The notes under the pieces: generated by a model
What the model was told of the DNA's origin: nothing
Seen by the model: the letters and a program-made list of their open reading frames with translations, nothing else
Database searches by the model: none
Origin: Bdellovibrionales bacterium
GTDB lineage: Bacteria > Bdellovibrionota > Bdellovibrionia > Bdellovibrionales > UBA1609
Direction: 5' to 3'
Length of the DNA: 64,000 nt
Assembly: GCA_027317865.1 (NCBI GenBank)
Contig: DAHVQG010000002.1
Location: 192,001 to 256,000 of the forward strand
Translations under genes and position numbers: made by a program
Shown here: positions 7,834-17,379 of the stretch, in pieces
Position numbering within the stretch: position 1 is the stretch's first letter
Layout of the letters: each line of letters opens with the position of its first letter

Positions 7834-8586
7834 TCAGTAATCTCCCAGATCTGCGCCCTTTGCGCTGACAATGTCGAAGTTTCCGTTGAGGAGTTGGGTC
7901 GCGTCGATCCCCTGGTCGTTGAAATCTTCGGAGCGAACAATTCCCGAAACAATGACTTTATACTCGCGCGGCCCAATTAAAAATGTTTGCAAGCCGCGTA
8001 CGCGATAATTGCCATTCACCAATCGGCCAACAACGCGAGCTGGTACCATGTGAACCTTAAAGGCGTAGTTTGAACCGGGATTATTTAACGCCGGCGACTT
8101 CGCCGCTGCGCCTTTCGCACCTTTGACCGCAGTGTTGGCAGGTGCATTAGAAGTCGACGAAGGCGCACGTAAACCGACTATCATCCGCCGCCTTGCCGCC
8201 AACTGCGCCAGCAACTTTGCAATCACTTGCGCCTTAGCAGCAAGCTGAGCCTGAGGGTCGCCGTTAAGTATGATCGGAATCGGATCCCCGACCATGTGTA
8301 CAGTATTTTGCGAAAATAAGTAGGCGCCTTGACCTTGCATCACCCAAAGCGATCCGGCATCACTGCCAAGATGCGCCTGGTGTTCAAGATCTGCAGCCGT
8401 CACATGATGGTATTGCCGATAAATGCTTGGTTCGACATTATTTTGTTCGTTGTAAGTAAGTGGTTGGGGCGCCGCTGGAGCTGGCGAAACTCCGCCATTC
8501 ACAAAATTTCTCCACCGCTCACCGAGTGTCGTGCAATTCGTCAGAGAAAATAAAAATAAAGCAAGCATTATCGCTCTGACGGTCAT
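7834..8586 (-). CDS. flgH: Flagellar L-ring lipoprotein
   Basis: Lipobox LTNC; GSLW...VGD, NGNY.V.G and SGIVR.ED motifs; lies between flgA and flgI. Confidence 0.88.
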   Translation of the reverse strand: MTVRAIMLALFLFSLTNCTTLGERWRNFVNGGVSPAPAAPQPLTYNEQNNVEPSIYRQYHHVTAADLEHQAHLGSDAGSLWVMQGQGAYLFSQNTVHMVGDPIPIILNGDPQAQLAAKAQVIAKLLAQLAARRRMIVGLRAPSSTSNAPANTAVKGAKGAAAKSPALNNPGSNYAFKVHMVPARVVGRLVNGNYRVRGLQTFLIGPREYKVIVSGIVRSEDFNDQGIDATQLLNGNFDIVSAKGADLGDY

Positions 8587-9512
8587 TGCAACTCCACAAG
8601 TCCCGGCCCGACGACGCGGGCTGCGAAAACTTTTTTTGTTTCAATGTTTTTTACGTTAACAAAATCACCGACAAAACCCGCTTGCTCGGCTTTAGCTAGA
8701 AGACTGACCCGCCAAGAGCCGACACCGGACCTGACTCGCACGATCTGGCCGTATTGAACCGCCTGCTCTCTCACTAAAGAACTGCGCCAAATAATCTGGC
8801 CGGCGTTCATCATTGCCGCTATTTCGTGACCAAGCATTTGTTTCGCGTTAGGTGTGTTGTCTGTTGCATAGGTGACATTGCGCCATTCAAATCTGAAGTC
8901 ATCAGCCGTAATCCGCATTCCACCGTAAAGGCTGCGGGTGAGAACCGGAACGCGCTTTCGAATTTCTAATTCGCCATTTATCCAATAAATCGCGGGTTCA
9001 TGGGTTGCCGTCACAAAAATCAACTTTTGCGCAAAATGACCGCGCGGTACTTGATCGGGCTGCTCCAAAATCCATTTATCGTTGGCATACTTAGGTGAAA
9101 TCACCGGCATCTGAAGCTCTTTAATAATTAGCCGGCAATGGTCGCAAAGAGGCTGCCAGGCGGCCAGAAGCTTTTGCCGTATGGTCGACGCGTTTGCGGT
9201 ATATCCGTTGTTTACAACGGTAATGCTATGGGGAATTTGAAAATTGAACTTTCGTAAAGCGGGATGAATGCGAATGGCCATTGCCAATTTTTGAGCAGTC
9301 AATATGCGCTCGGCTCCCAATTTTGGAGCCCTACCTAATTTAACAGACTGAAGCGCTGCAACTGTTTCAGGGCTAAGGCCGTCCGATGAAACAAGATCGT
9401 TGAGAGAAATGATCGCCTTTTTTGTGACTTGATTATAAGGCCTCACCGAAATCACTTGCGCAAAAGCGACACTACTTAAAAATAAAACGATAACAGCTAA
9501 ACGAATTCGCAC
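8583..9512 (-). CDS. flgA: P-ring assembly chaperone FlgA
   Basis: Signal peptide, SAF-like region, C-terminal AEQAGFVGDFVNVKN...ARVVGPGLV. Confidence 0.9.
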   Translation of the reverse strand: MRIRLAVIVLFLSSVAFAQVISVRPYNQVTKKAIISLNDLVSSDGLSPETVAALQSVKLGRAPKLGAERILTAQKLAMAIRIHPALRKFNFQIPHSITVVNNGYTANASTIRQKLLAAWQPLCDHCRLIIKELQMPVISPKYANDKWILEQPDQVPRGHFAQKLIFVTATHEPAIYWINGELEIRKRVPVLTRSLYGGMRITADDFRFEWRNVTYATDNTPNAKQMLGHEIAAMMNAGQIIWRSSLVREQAVQYGQIVRVRSGVGSWRVSLLAKAEQAGFVGDFVNVKNIETKKVFAARVVGPGLVELQ

Positions 9513-9516
9513 AAAA

Positions 9517-10305
9517 CTACCTCAATGTGTTTACAGCTTGTAGCATTTGATCGGCGGCTTGAATCACTTTGCCGTCGGTTTCAAATGCTCTCTGCGCTGT
9601 GATCATGTTGACCATTTCATCCACAATATTTACGTTACTGCCTTCAAGTTGGCCCTGCGCAATCGTACCCAAACCGTTTTGGCCAGGTACGGCTTGCTGT
9701 GCAATACCGCTGGAATTCGACGGCACATACAAGTTGTCGCCGATGCTTTTTAACCCGGCCGGATTTATGAAATTCACAATCTGAATTTGACCGACGTTTT
9801 GCGGATTAATGTTGTTTGGGAGTGTCACCTGAACCATGCCATCGCTGGTGATCTGAACTCCGGTGGTATTTTCTGGTATGGTAATTTCGGGTTGCAAAAC
9901 ATTGCCGTTGTCATCTTGCAACCGGCCATCCGCGCCTTTTTTAAATTCACCGTCGCGAGTGTAGGCCGTTTGACCGTTGGCCATTTGCACTTGAAAAAAT
10001 CCTGGTCCTTCGATTTCCATATCAAACGGAGCATTCGTGACCTTCGACGGCCCTTGCGTAAATGTCTTTGTCACCGCCGCAGTTTTTGTCCCAAGGCCAA
10101 TTTGAACTCCTGTCGGAGAAACAGAATTGGCGCCGGTCGCCGTACCTGGGTCTTTGATGTTTTCGTAAAGCAAATCTTCGAACTCAGCACGCGCGCGTTT
10201 AAAGCCAACAGTTGAGACGTTCGCAATATTGTTGGCAATGACATCAATGTTGTTCTGCTGGGCCTTCATGCCGGTTGCAGCAGTGTTGAGTGCTTTAAAC
10301 ATCAT
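9517..10305 (-). CDS. flgG: Flagellar distal rod protein FlgG
   Basis: ANNIANV.T.GFK..RAEFEDLLY; LEGSNVNIVDEMVNMITAQRAFE. Confidence 0.97.
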   Translation of the reverse strand: MMFKALNTAATGMKAQQNNIDVIANNIANVSTVGFKRARAEFEDLLYENIKDPGTATGANSVSPTGVQIGLGTKTAAVTKTFTQGPSKVTNAPFDMEIEGPGFFQVQMANGQTAYTRDGEFKKGADGRLQDDNGNVLQPEITIPENTTGVQITSDGMVQVTLPNNINPQNVGQIQIVNFINPAGLKSIGDNLYVPSNSSGIAQQAVPGQNGLGTIAQGQLEGSNVNIVDEMVNMITAQRAFETDGKVIQAADQMLQAVNTLR

Positions 10306-10317
10306 AGCTCCTTATCA

Positions 10318-11130
10318 TCACGGCGACACCACCTTCGGAACATCGTTATCAAGTTCACCCTCCATTTGATCAAAGGTGTGCATGGCATTTCGATTTGCTT
10401 GAAATGTCCGGGTCGCCTCGATCATTTTGGTCATTTCGTTCACAATGTTGACGTTACTCATTTCAAGATAGCCTTGATGTATCTTAAAATTGTTTGCCTG
10501 GTGTGGCGTTTCTTTGTAATTGGGCTTTAGGGTGTATAAACTGTTGCCAACTTTCTGGAGCGCGTCCGTATCTTTGACATTGACCACCGCCAATTTGCCA
10601 AGTGGATTATCGTTCTCGAAAATATCTCCGGAATATCCGATCGTAAGGTTACCGCTTGTTAAATGAATAATTCGATTGGAGGGATTGCTATTCCCGGCAC
10701 GTAAAACAGGATAACCGTCTGACGTAACGAGCTCGCCTTGCGCGTTAATCTTAAAAGCACCGTTGCGCGTAAGTTTTACTCCTGAAGGAGTTTGAACTTC
10801 AAAAAATCCGTGACCTTCGATCGCGACGTCCAAAGGGTTTCCGGTAATTTTTAATGCGCCCTGACCGAAATCGGTAAATGTCCCGTGTGAATCGACGTAA
10901 GCTGTTTCGGTGCCTTGAGTGTTGTAAAAACTGTTAACTGAGGCTGTTATTCTTGGAACGGTATTGGTCTCTATGGGTTTTTGCTCAACTGTCACGTAGT
11001 CGCTAAACACCTGGCCGTCCTTTTTGAATCCGGTTGTGTCGACGTTTGCAATATTGTTGGCAATTGTGTCGAGCCGTTGGCTTTGCGCCATTGCTCCACT
11101 TAACGCCGCATATATTCCGTTACCGCTCAC
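10318..11130 (-). CDS. flgF: Flagellar proximal rod protein FlgF
   Basis: ANNIANVDTTGFK, TGNPLDVAIEG.GFF and GYLEMSNVN motifs; upstream of flgG; GTG start with GGAGG SD. Confidence 0.9.
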   Translation of the reverse strand: MSGNGIYAALSGAMAQSQRLDTIANNIANVDTTGFKKDGQVFSDYVTVEQKPIETNTVPRITASVNSFYNTQGTETAYVDSHGTFTDFGQGALKITGNPLDVAIEGHGFFEVQTPSGVKLTRNGAFKINAQGELVTSDGYPVLRAGNSNPSNRIIHLTSGNLTIGYSGDIFENDNPLGKLAVVNVKDTDALQKVGNSLYTLKPNYKETPHQANNFKIHQGYLEMSNVNIVNEMTKMIEATRTFQANRNAMHTFDQMEGELDNDVPKVVSP

Positions 11131-11152
11131 CTAGACCTCCAACTTATAAAAA

Positions 11153-11168
11153 AGCAACGAGCATGCCA
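11153..11168 (-). promoter_or_regulatory. sigma54 (-24/-12) promoter of the flgF operon
   Basis: TGGCATG-CTCG-TTGCT, one mismatch to TGGCACG-N4-TTGCW, with correct GG-N10-GC spacing, 22 nt upstream of the flgF start. Confidence 0.75.
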
Positions 11169-11393
11169 CATCACTAAAAACTCGACCTTCGCTTTGTCTG
11201 CCTATTGGTCTAAGACACGTTTTTTTTAAAATTTCTCTGTAGTTATTTTAGAATTTTGCCGATGAGTCGCCGCTCAGACATTAGCCGGCCCCCGGTCATT
11301 CTAGTCTGAAGTCGAGTAAATTCCGCCAGAAACCTGACGCTAAACCATCGTCATTTTGACTGCGCAACAACTGAAGTTTTAAAATAAAAGTTC

Positions 11394-12371
11394 GTGAAAC
11401 GCTTATCTTTAAGTTACTTAACAATTTTGGCCACGGGCATTTGCACATCGTGGTGCGTATTCGCTTCGGTGAGTTTGGCCGCACCCACTTATCCGCTTCT
11501 GGCGCCTCCGCCGATACCTGTTCAACGGCAATTGAGAAGACGAAGTGAGTTTTCGGTAAACGGACCGTATTTCAATTTGCCTGTCACTTATAATTCAAGA
11601 GTCAAACAATGGATACAGTACTATCAAGGTCCCGGCCGGCATATTTTCAAAATCTGGCTTGATCGGTCATATCGTTATTTACCAAGAATCAAGCCGGTAC
11701 TTATCGCGCGTGGGCTCCCAAGCGATCTTGCTTATCTGGCTATGATTGAAAGCGGCTTCTCGCGCTTTGCCGTCAGTTCGGCTAATGCGGTTGGCCCATG
11801 GCAATTTATAAAATCAACGGCAAGGCGCTACGGCTTACGAGTGAGCTGGTGGATTGACGAACGTCGCGACGTCGTCAAAAGTACGATTGCCGCGGCAACC
11901 TACTTAAACCATCTCCATGTGATGTTTCACTCGTGGTATTTAGCGGCGGCCGCCTACAATATGGGTGAGCGTCGCGTTCAAGAGTTGATCGCGCGTTATC
12001 ATACCGACAATTATTGGATCTTATCGAAAAAGCGCGATTTTCCGCTCGAGACGGAACAATATATTCCCAAATTGATTGCGGCTATGCTGATAGCCAAGGC
12101 GCCCGGTTTATACGGTTTTCGCGATTTGGATCCGCTTTTACCGTTACGGTACGACGTTTTTAACGCCCCAGGCGGAACCGACCTCGTTTCGCTCGCTCGT
12201 TATTTGGGGTTGCCTAGCAATGCGATTACACATCTTAACCCTGAAATAATTAGAGGATTTATCCCCTATACCCTCCGTTCATTTAAAATACGAATTCCAA
12301 TCGGCGATCTGGCTAAGGCGCGCCGTTTCGCTCAATCACGATTTGCAATGACGGACGTAGCGACGGAATAG
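11394..12371 (+). CDS. MltD-like lytic transglycosylase (SLT domain)
   Basis: LAMIESGF, A.GPWQFI..TARRYGL, LAAAAYNMGE and ET.QYIPK motifs; N-terminal signal; LysM-like C-terminal remnant (HLNPEI). Confidence 0.92.
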   Translation: MKRLSLSYLTILATGICTSWCVFASVSLAAPTYPLLAPPPIPVQRQLRRRSEFSVNGPYFNLPVTYNSRVKQWIQYYQGPGRHIFKIWLDRSYRYLPRIKPVLIARGLPSDLAYLAMIESGFSRFAVSSANAVGPWQFIKSTARRYGLRVSWWIDERRDVVKSTIAAATYLNHLHVMFHSWYLAAAAYNMGERRVQELIARYHTDNYWILSKKRDFPLETEQYIPKLIAAMLIAKAPGLYGFRDLDPLLPLRYDVFNAPGGTDLVSLARYLGLPSNAITHLNPEIIRGFIPYTLRSFKIRIPIGDLAKARRFAQSRFAMTDVATE

Positions 12372-12417
12372 CGTCGCAGTTGCAATATTGTTCAACTTGT
12401 TCTACAGCCACAGTCAA

Positions 12418-13620
12418 ATGCCATCACAACTCTTTGTTTTGAAATTCGGCGGCTCAAGTCTTGCGACACCTGATAAGATCCAGTCAGTTGCCGAACGAAT
12501 AGCAACCATGGCAAAAATGGGCCGACAACTTGTCGTCGTCGTAAGTGCCATGGGTGAAACAACCAACGACTTGCTTCAACTTGCTCAAAGGGTGAGCCCA
12601 CATCCCAACCGTCGTGAACTTGACATGCTTCTCACTACCGGGGAGCGAATTTCAATGTCTCTCCTCTCAATGGCGCTGCACGATCGCGGATGTTCATCAA
12701 TCAGTTTCACCGGAAGCCAGGCTGGTGTTCTGACCGATGGCGCGTTTTCAAATGCCGATATTTTAGATATTCGCCCGATTCGTGTCGCACGCGAATTACG
12801 CCGCCGCCGCGTTGTCGTGCTGGCGGGTTTTCAAGGCGTTGATCCGAAAACGAAAGAAATTACCACTCTCGGTCGTGGCGGAAGTGATACGACTGCAGTC
12901 GCAATGGCTTCGGTATTGAAAGCGCGAAGTTGCGAAATATATAAGGACGTCGACGGTGTTTTAGGCGCCGACCCCAAAATTATTCCGAATGCACCACTGT
13001 ATAAAACTATCCCGCTAGATATTCTTCATGAGTTTTGTAACTGGGGAGCTAAAATTTTAAACGTTCGCTCCGTCGAATGGGCAATTCGCGGCCGTGTGCC
13101 TATTTCGCTCGGCCGTTCGAGCGATTTCGTGCTTGGTACCAAAGTTACAAACGATCAACGACGCAACCCCAATTCTCGCACCAATTTAAACGGCAAAATT
13201 ATCGGCGTTCACTCCCATTCCGATGTCGCAGAACTTTTCGTTAAGCGCCGAACCCAATCGCTTGCCGTGAAAACATTATGCCATGATCTCACGGCGCACT
13301 CATTGCCAATGCCAAAAATTCTCTATGCTCAAGACGAGAAATCGGGCGTGCGTCTATTTGTCACTCTTGACTCGGAAACACTGGCGCAAATCGTCCACGC
13401 GATACGAACCTCAAAGTCCATTGAACTTCAACGCGACGACCTTTCGTCAGTTGCGCTCACGCGGACACATTCTAAACGGCACGGTCAGCCTGCCGAAATC
13501 AAAAGTAATCAAGCCGTCTATTGTTTTAACACTCAATGGAGCGAGATTTCTATTCTACCTCGCTCCGAAAGAATTGATTTTATGAAATATGTCGGCGACA
13601 CGGTTTTTGCAAAACCGTAA
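12418..13620 (+). CDS. lysC: Aspartate kinase
   Basis: VLKFGGSS, VVSAMG.TT, TTLGRGGSDTTA and DVDGV..ADP motifs; C-terminal regulatory region divergent. Confidence 0.92.
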   Translation: MPSQLFVLKFGGSSLATPDKIQSVAERIATMAKMGRQLVVVVSAMGETTNDLLQLAQRVSPHPNRRELDMLLTTGERISMSLLSMALHDRGCSSISFTGSQAGVLTDGAFSNADILDIRPIRVARELRRRRVVVLAGFQGVDPKTKEITTLGRGGSDTTAVAMASVLKARSCEIYKDVDGVLGADPKIIPNAPLYKTIPLDILHEFCNWGAKILNVRSVEWAIRGRVPISLGRSSDFVLGTKVTNDQRRNPNSRTNLNGKIIGVHSHSDVAELFVKRRTQSLAVKTLCHDLTAHSLPMPKILYAQDEKSGVRLFVTLDSETLAQIVHAIRTSKSIELQRDDLSSVALTRTHSKRHGQPAEIKSNQAVYCFNTQWSEISILPRSERIDFMKYVGDTVFAKP

Positions 13621-13627
13621 CTACAAT

Positions 13628-14668
13628 TCAAAGCCCGCCAAAGGGCGTGTAAACATGCATTGTATAACCCGAAAAGACCATGTCGCTCGGCGCGCAGATC
13701 GTTCCGTAAAAATCAACGCCGTTTGAACGCAGGTTTTGTTCGACCCGAGAGCGATCGGCCATGCACTCACCAAAAGTTTGATAGCGTATCGTGTCGGCAT
13801 CAATATCTTCGTCCACGCCGTTGGCGTACTTACCAATTGCAACAAGCTGATATTGAGCGGAATTGTCTTCATGACAAATCACATTCACGTCGGCCCTCTT
13901 GAAAGTGTTAAATATCATGTGCGCTTCTGGCAGCTGTACTTGACACTGCGATAGCTTATTAAAAAATGGGCCTGTCATATCCGAAATTTGCTCACCGATC
14001 GACGAATAGTAAAAGACAATCCGATTGTTATCAAAAACCACATGCCCACCGTATTTTTTGATCATAAGGCTTGCGGAGTGAACGATGTCAGAAACCGGCG
14101 CGCCAAAGCTCTCACTTGAAAATTGAAACGGTTTAAACCCATAAAGGTAAGCTTTCGATTGGCCGAAACCGTCGATCACAAGTGACCAACTTGCGTTGGT
14201 CAAATCATTACCCGAATCACAGCGGGCGTCGACTGCCTTAAGCCCCGAGTACCGCTCGAAATAAACGAGTTGTTGAGCGCGAGCCGATAAGCAGGCCCGA
14301 TAGGATGAAAAAAGGCCGCCTGAAACAGTCGAGCCGCCTTCAAAATCAATCCCACCAAAAATTGTTTTGTACGGAATCAATTGCCCGCTAGCCCTGTAAT
14401 TGACGACGACGACGTATTGCTTATAATTTTCGCCGAGATTACTGAGATTCTGCTCTGCCTGGCAAGAGCCCACCACGTCTTGGGCGTGTGTCGCGGCCAA
14501 GAATTTTTTTGCTAAGCTTTGCGCGGCGCTTTGACACGAAACTCCGTTGGCAGGAATCACAACCCGATAAGAATATGCGCTAAGTGATTGAGCTCGCGCA
14601 TTTGGAATGCTCGCACTAGCTACGACCCCAAACGAGATTGCCGCTAAAATTATTTGAAATGGCTTCAT
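13628..14668 (-). CDS. Secreted Cys-paired repeat protein, function unknown
   Basis: Signal peptide ending ARA; about four repeated segments each with two Cys; GGGGGA SD, 28 nt after the recA stop. Confidence 0.75.
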   Translation of the reverse strand: MKPFQIILAAISFGVVASASIPNARAQSLSAYSYRVVIPANGVSCQSAAQSLAKKFLAATHAQDVVGSCQAEQNLSNLGENYKQYVVVVNYRASGQLIPYKTIFGGIDFEGGSTVSGGLFSSYRACLSARAQQLVYFERYSGLKAVDARCDSGNDLTNASWSLVIDGFGQSKAYLYGFKPFQFSSESFGAPVSDIVHSASLMIKKYGGHVVFDNNRIVFYYSSIGEQISDMTGPFFNKLSQCQVQLPEAHMIFNTFKRADVNVICHEDNSAQYQLVAIGKYANGVDEDIDADTIRYQTFGECMADRSRVEQNLRSNGVDFYGTICAPSDMVFSGYTMHVYTPFGGL

Positions 14669-14696
14669 GATTCCCCCCTTATTTGTGTCTTAAGGC

Positions 14697-15827
14697 TTAA
14701 TGTTTCTTCGGCGCTTTCTCCACAGTTTTTTCAACTCTTTCGGCTGCCACGGCTTTTGCGGCCGGTTCTTCTTGAGCCGCTTTGTCTTTGTGAATCGTGG
14801 CGCTTAAAATTTGCGCCCGCAAATCTTGAGTCACCTTAGGATTTTCTTTCAAATACCGAATCACTTGTTCGCGACCTTGTCCGATGCGCTCACTTTTGTA
14901 CGCATACCACGCGCCTGATTTGTCGAGCAAACTGTGTTTGACGCCAAGGTCGACAATATCTCCCTCGAGTGAAATGCCGTCGCCGTACATCAAGTCAAAT
15001 TCGACTTTTGCAAAAGGTGGCGCCATTTTATTTTTTACCACTTTGACAGCGGTTCGCGAACCTACGACATCTTCGCCATTTTTGATGGCACCGATACGAC
15101 GCACATCAAGCCGTACTGACGAATAAAATTTCAGCGCATTGCCGCCGGTCGTAGTTTCAGGGTTGCCGAACATCACGCCGAGTTTCATGCGAATTTGATT
15201 GATGAATATCACAAGTGTATTCGATCGTGCGATCGCCGCTGTGAGTTTGCGTAAAGCTTGCGACATCAGCCGCGCATGTAACCCCATGTGGGAGTCACCC
15301 ATTTCACCCTCAATTTCGGCTCGTGGTGTCAGCGCCGCAACGGAGTCAATAACCATAATGTCAACCGCTCCCGAACGCACGAGAGTTTCGGCGATCTCAA
15401 GTGCCTGCTCGCCGGTATCGGGTTGCGAGATGAGCATTTCTTTTGTGTTCACACCAAGTTTGTGAGCATAACCGGCGTCGAGCGCATGTTCGGCATCGAT
15501 AAACGCCGCTGTGCCGCCGGCTTTTTGCGCTTGTGCAATGGTCGAGAGAGCAAGCGTCGTTTTACCTGAACTTTCAGGTCCGAACACTTCAACAATACGG
15601 CCGCGCGGGAGGCCACCGATTCCAAGAGCAATATCGAGGCTCAAAGCGCCAGTTGAAATGATCGGCACGTTTTCAAACAAGCTTTGACCACCGCCGAGTT
15701 TCATGATGGAGCCTTTACCGAATTGCTTTTCAATTGCGGCAAGCGCGAGCTCCAACGCTTTAGCTTTGTCGTTGTCAGTGGTTCGATCTAATTTTTCTGT
15801 GTTGCGAGATTGCGAAATTGTGGACAT
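14697..15827 (-). CDS. recA: Recombinase RecA
   Basis: [43 protein letters not shown]. Confidence 0.99.
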   Translation of the reverse strand: MSTISQSRNTEKLDRTTDNDKAKALELALAAIEKQFGKGSIMKLGGGQSLFENVPIISTGALSLDIALGIGGLPRGRIVEVFGPESSGKTTLALSTIAQAQKAGGTAAFIDAEHALDAGYAHKLGVNTKEMLISQPDTGEQALEIAETLVRSGAVDIMVIDSVAALTPRAEIEGEMGDSHMGLHARLMSQALRKLTAAIARSNTLVIFINQIRMKLGVMFGNPETTTGGNALKFYSSVRLDVRRIGAIKNGEDVVGSRTAVKVVKNKMAPPFAKVEFDLMYGDGISLEGDIVDLGVKHSLLDKSGAWYAYKSERIGQGREQVIRYLKENPKVTQDLRAQILSATIHKDKAAQEEPAAKAVAAERVEKTVEKAPKKH

Positions 15828-16082
15828 TTTGCCTCCTTCTTATAAGCCTCATTTATCTCAACTGTTAGACACAAAAACCGTAGCAGTTCAGCCCACCCTT
15901 TGCAAAACGGCGTGCCGCCGTGAGCTGCAAATTGCGTCGTTGACAGTCTATTGCTTGTCCGCATAGATCCGGCTTTCGACCTCGTGCTGTGCATTTCCGG
16001 CTCAATGACTAAAGGCAGAGCCAAAGGATTTAGAAAAAATGACTTCCCAATTGGCACCAAGTCGGCGAAATCTCAAGCGTTT

Positions 16083-16832
16083 ATGAAAGCAAATAAGATC
16101 ATAGAGGCTCTCGTCCTTACCATTGCCCTGTCTCTTGGGATGGTTGCCGCAGCAGCTCCCAAATTACCGCCTGGCCGCGACGGAACAAAATGTGCGGCTG
16201 AACTGACGCAAAAACCCGCGCTTACCGTTGTAACCGACGCCTTTGCAAAGGTGGCGCGCGATGACCGATTTTTAAATGAACCCGTTACGGTTGCACTTAT
16301 CGTACCCACCCAGTGGGAGAGCGAAACAATGGCCACCCTTCGAAAACGATTATCCGCGCCAAACGGCAACCTTTTATTCTTTGACCTTGCGTTTTCATTT
16401 GATAACGAGACTCTGATTTATTTGCACTTGGACGGCCGGGATTTGCGCTACATTGCGCCTTATCCTGACGCTGCGGCGGTTGGCCTCGGGCACGTTCGAG
16501 CCTTTGATATCGAATTTGAAAGTAAGGTGAAGCTCGGACTTGATCCGTTTTTTTCTAATCACAAATTAAGTCCTGATCTTTTGAAATTTAATGCACGCTT
16601 ACTTGATCCGCTTATGCGATTTCCTGACTCGCAATTTCGCGTTCTTGTTGGCACCCGCAAAAAGGATTTTACCAAACTTGCCGAACGCCTGAGACAGCTT
16701 CATGAATTTGAAATTTTAGACCACAATGTCGGTGGTTTTGATCAATTTATACTTTTGCGCGGCAGCGGTGAAAACCTACTGAAATTGCGGGCCGTACGCT
16801 CCGTCACTTCGGTCGAGCCGGCACACAAGTAA
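16083..16832 (+). CDS. Secreted hypothetical protein, possibly two subtilase-propeptide (I9)-like repeats
   Basis: The ATG at 16083 gives a signal peptide; C-terminal LLKLRAVRSVTSVEP resembles the end of I9 propeptides. Confidence 0.55.
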   Translation: MKANKIIEALVLTIALSLGMVAAAAPKLPPGRDGTKCAAELTQKPALTVVTDAFAKVARDDRFLNEPVTVALIVPTQWESETMATLRKRLSAPNGNLLFFDLAFSFDNETLIYLHLDGRDLRYIAPYPDAAAVGLGHVRAFDIEFESKVKLGLDPFFSNHKLSPDLLKFNARLLDPLMRFPDSQFRVLVGTRKKDFTKLAERLRQLHEFEILDHNVGGFDQFILLRGSGENLLKLRAVRSVTSVEPAHK

Positions 16833-16842
16833 AATTTAATAT

Positions 16843-17379
16843 TTAAAAGCCCAACAATGTTTCGAGTGCAAAAACGACCGAATTTTGTTGTATTAGCTCG
16901 CGCGAAACTGCCGGCTCATCTGGTGGAGAAAAATATTGGGTTGCCGTCTCTGAAACACCAGGACCAACAAAGCCGAAACAAACCATCCCCACCGGCTTTT
17001 CCTTTGTGCCGCCGGATGGCCCCGCCACGCCAGATACTGAAACAGCCCAAGTGGAACCCAGCGCTCGTTTCACGCCTTGTGCCATTCCTAAAGCCACAGG
17101 CGTGCTTACTTCGCCTAGCACTTCAATCGTTGGCATCGGGACATACAAAATTTTATTTTTAACACTGCGATGATAGGAGATGACGGCACCCAGATAAAAA
17201 CTTGAAGCTCCAGGTAAACTCGCTAGTGATGCTGACAGAAGTCCGCCTGTGCAACTTTCAGCAAATGCCAGGGTTTCGCCATGGTCATCAAAGCGTTTTT
17301 TCAAATGAATTAACAGTGGTCGGATCGACTCAAAAAAAGCGCTTGGAGCAAAGGTGGGTTTTACGTCAGGTGCATCCAT
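16843..17379 (-). CDS. cinA: CinA C-terminal / PncC nicotinamide-mononucleotide deamidase
   Basis: AESCTGGLL, SGVAGPSGGTKEKPVGMVCFG; no N-terminal MocF-like domain. Confidence 0.9.
   Translation of the reverse strand: MDAPDVKPTFAPSAFFESIRPLLIHLKKRFDDHGETLAFAESCTGGLLSASLASLPGASSFYLGAVISYHRSVKNKILYVPMPTIEVLGEVSTPVALGMAQGVKRALGSTWAVSVSGVAGPSGGTKEKPVGMVCFGFVGPGVSETATQYFSPPDEPAVSRELIQQNSVVFALETLLGF

Noticed and set aside
15828-15960. LexA/SOS box upstream of recA
   Set aside because: No convincing palindrome matching a LexA box that I know.
16052-16067. TGGCAC-containing sigma54-like element before the 16083 gene
   Set aside because: The -12 element is CGGC rather than TTGC, and the implied leader is too short for an RBS.
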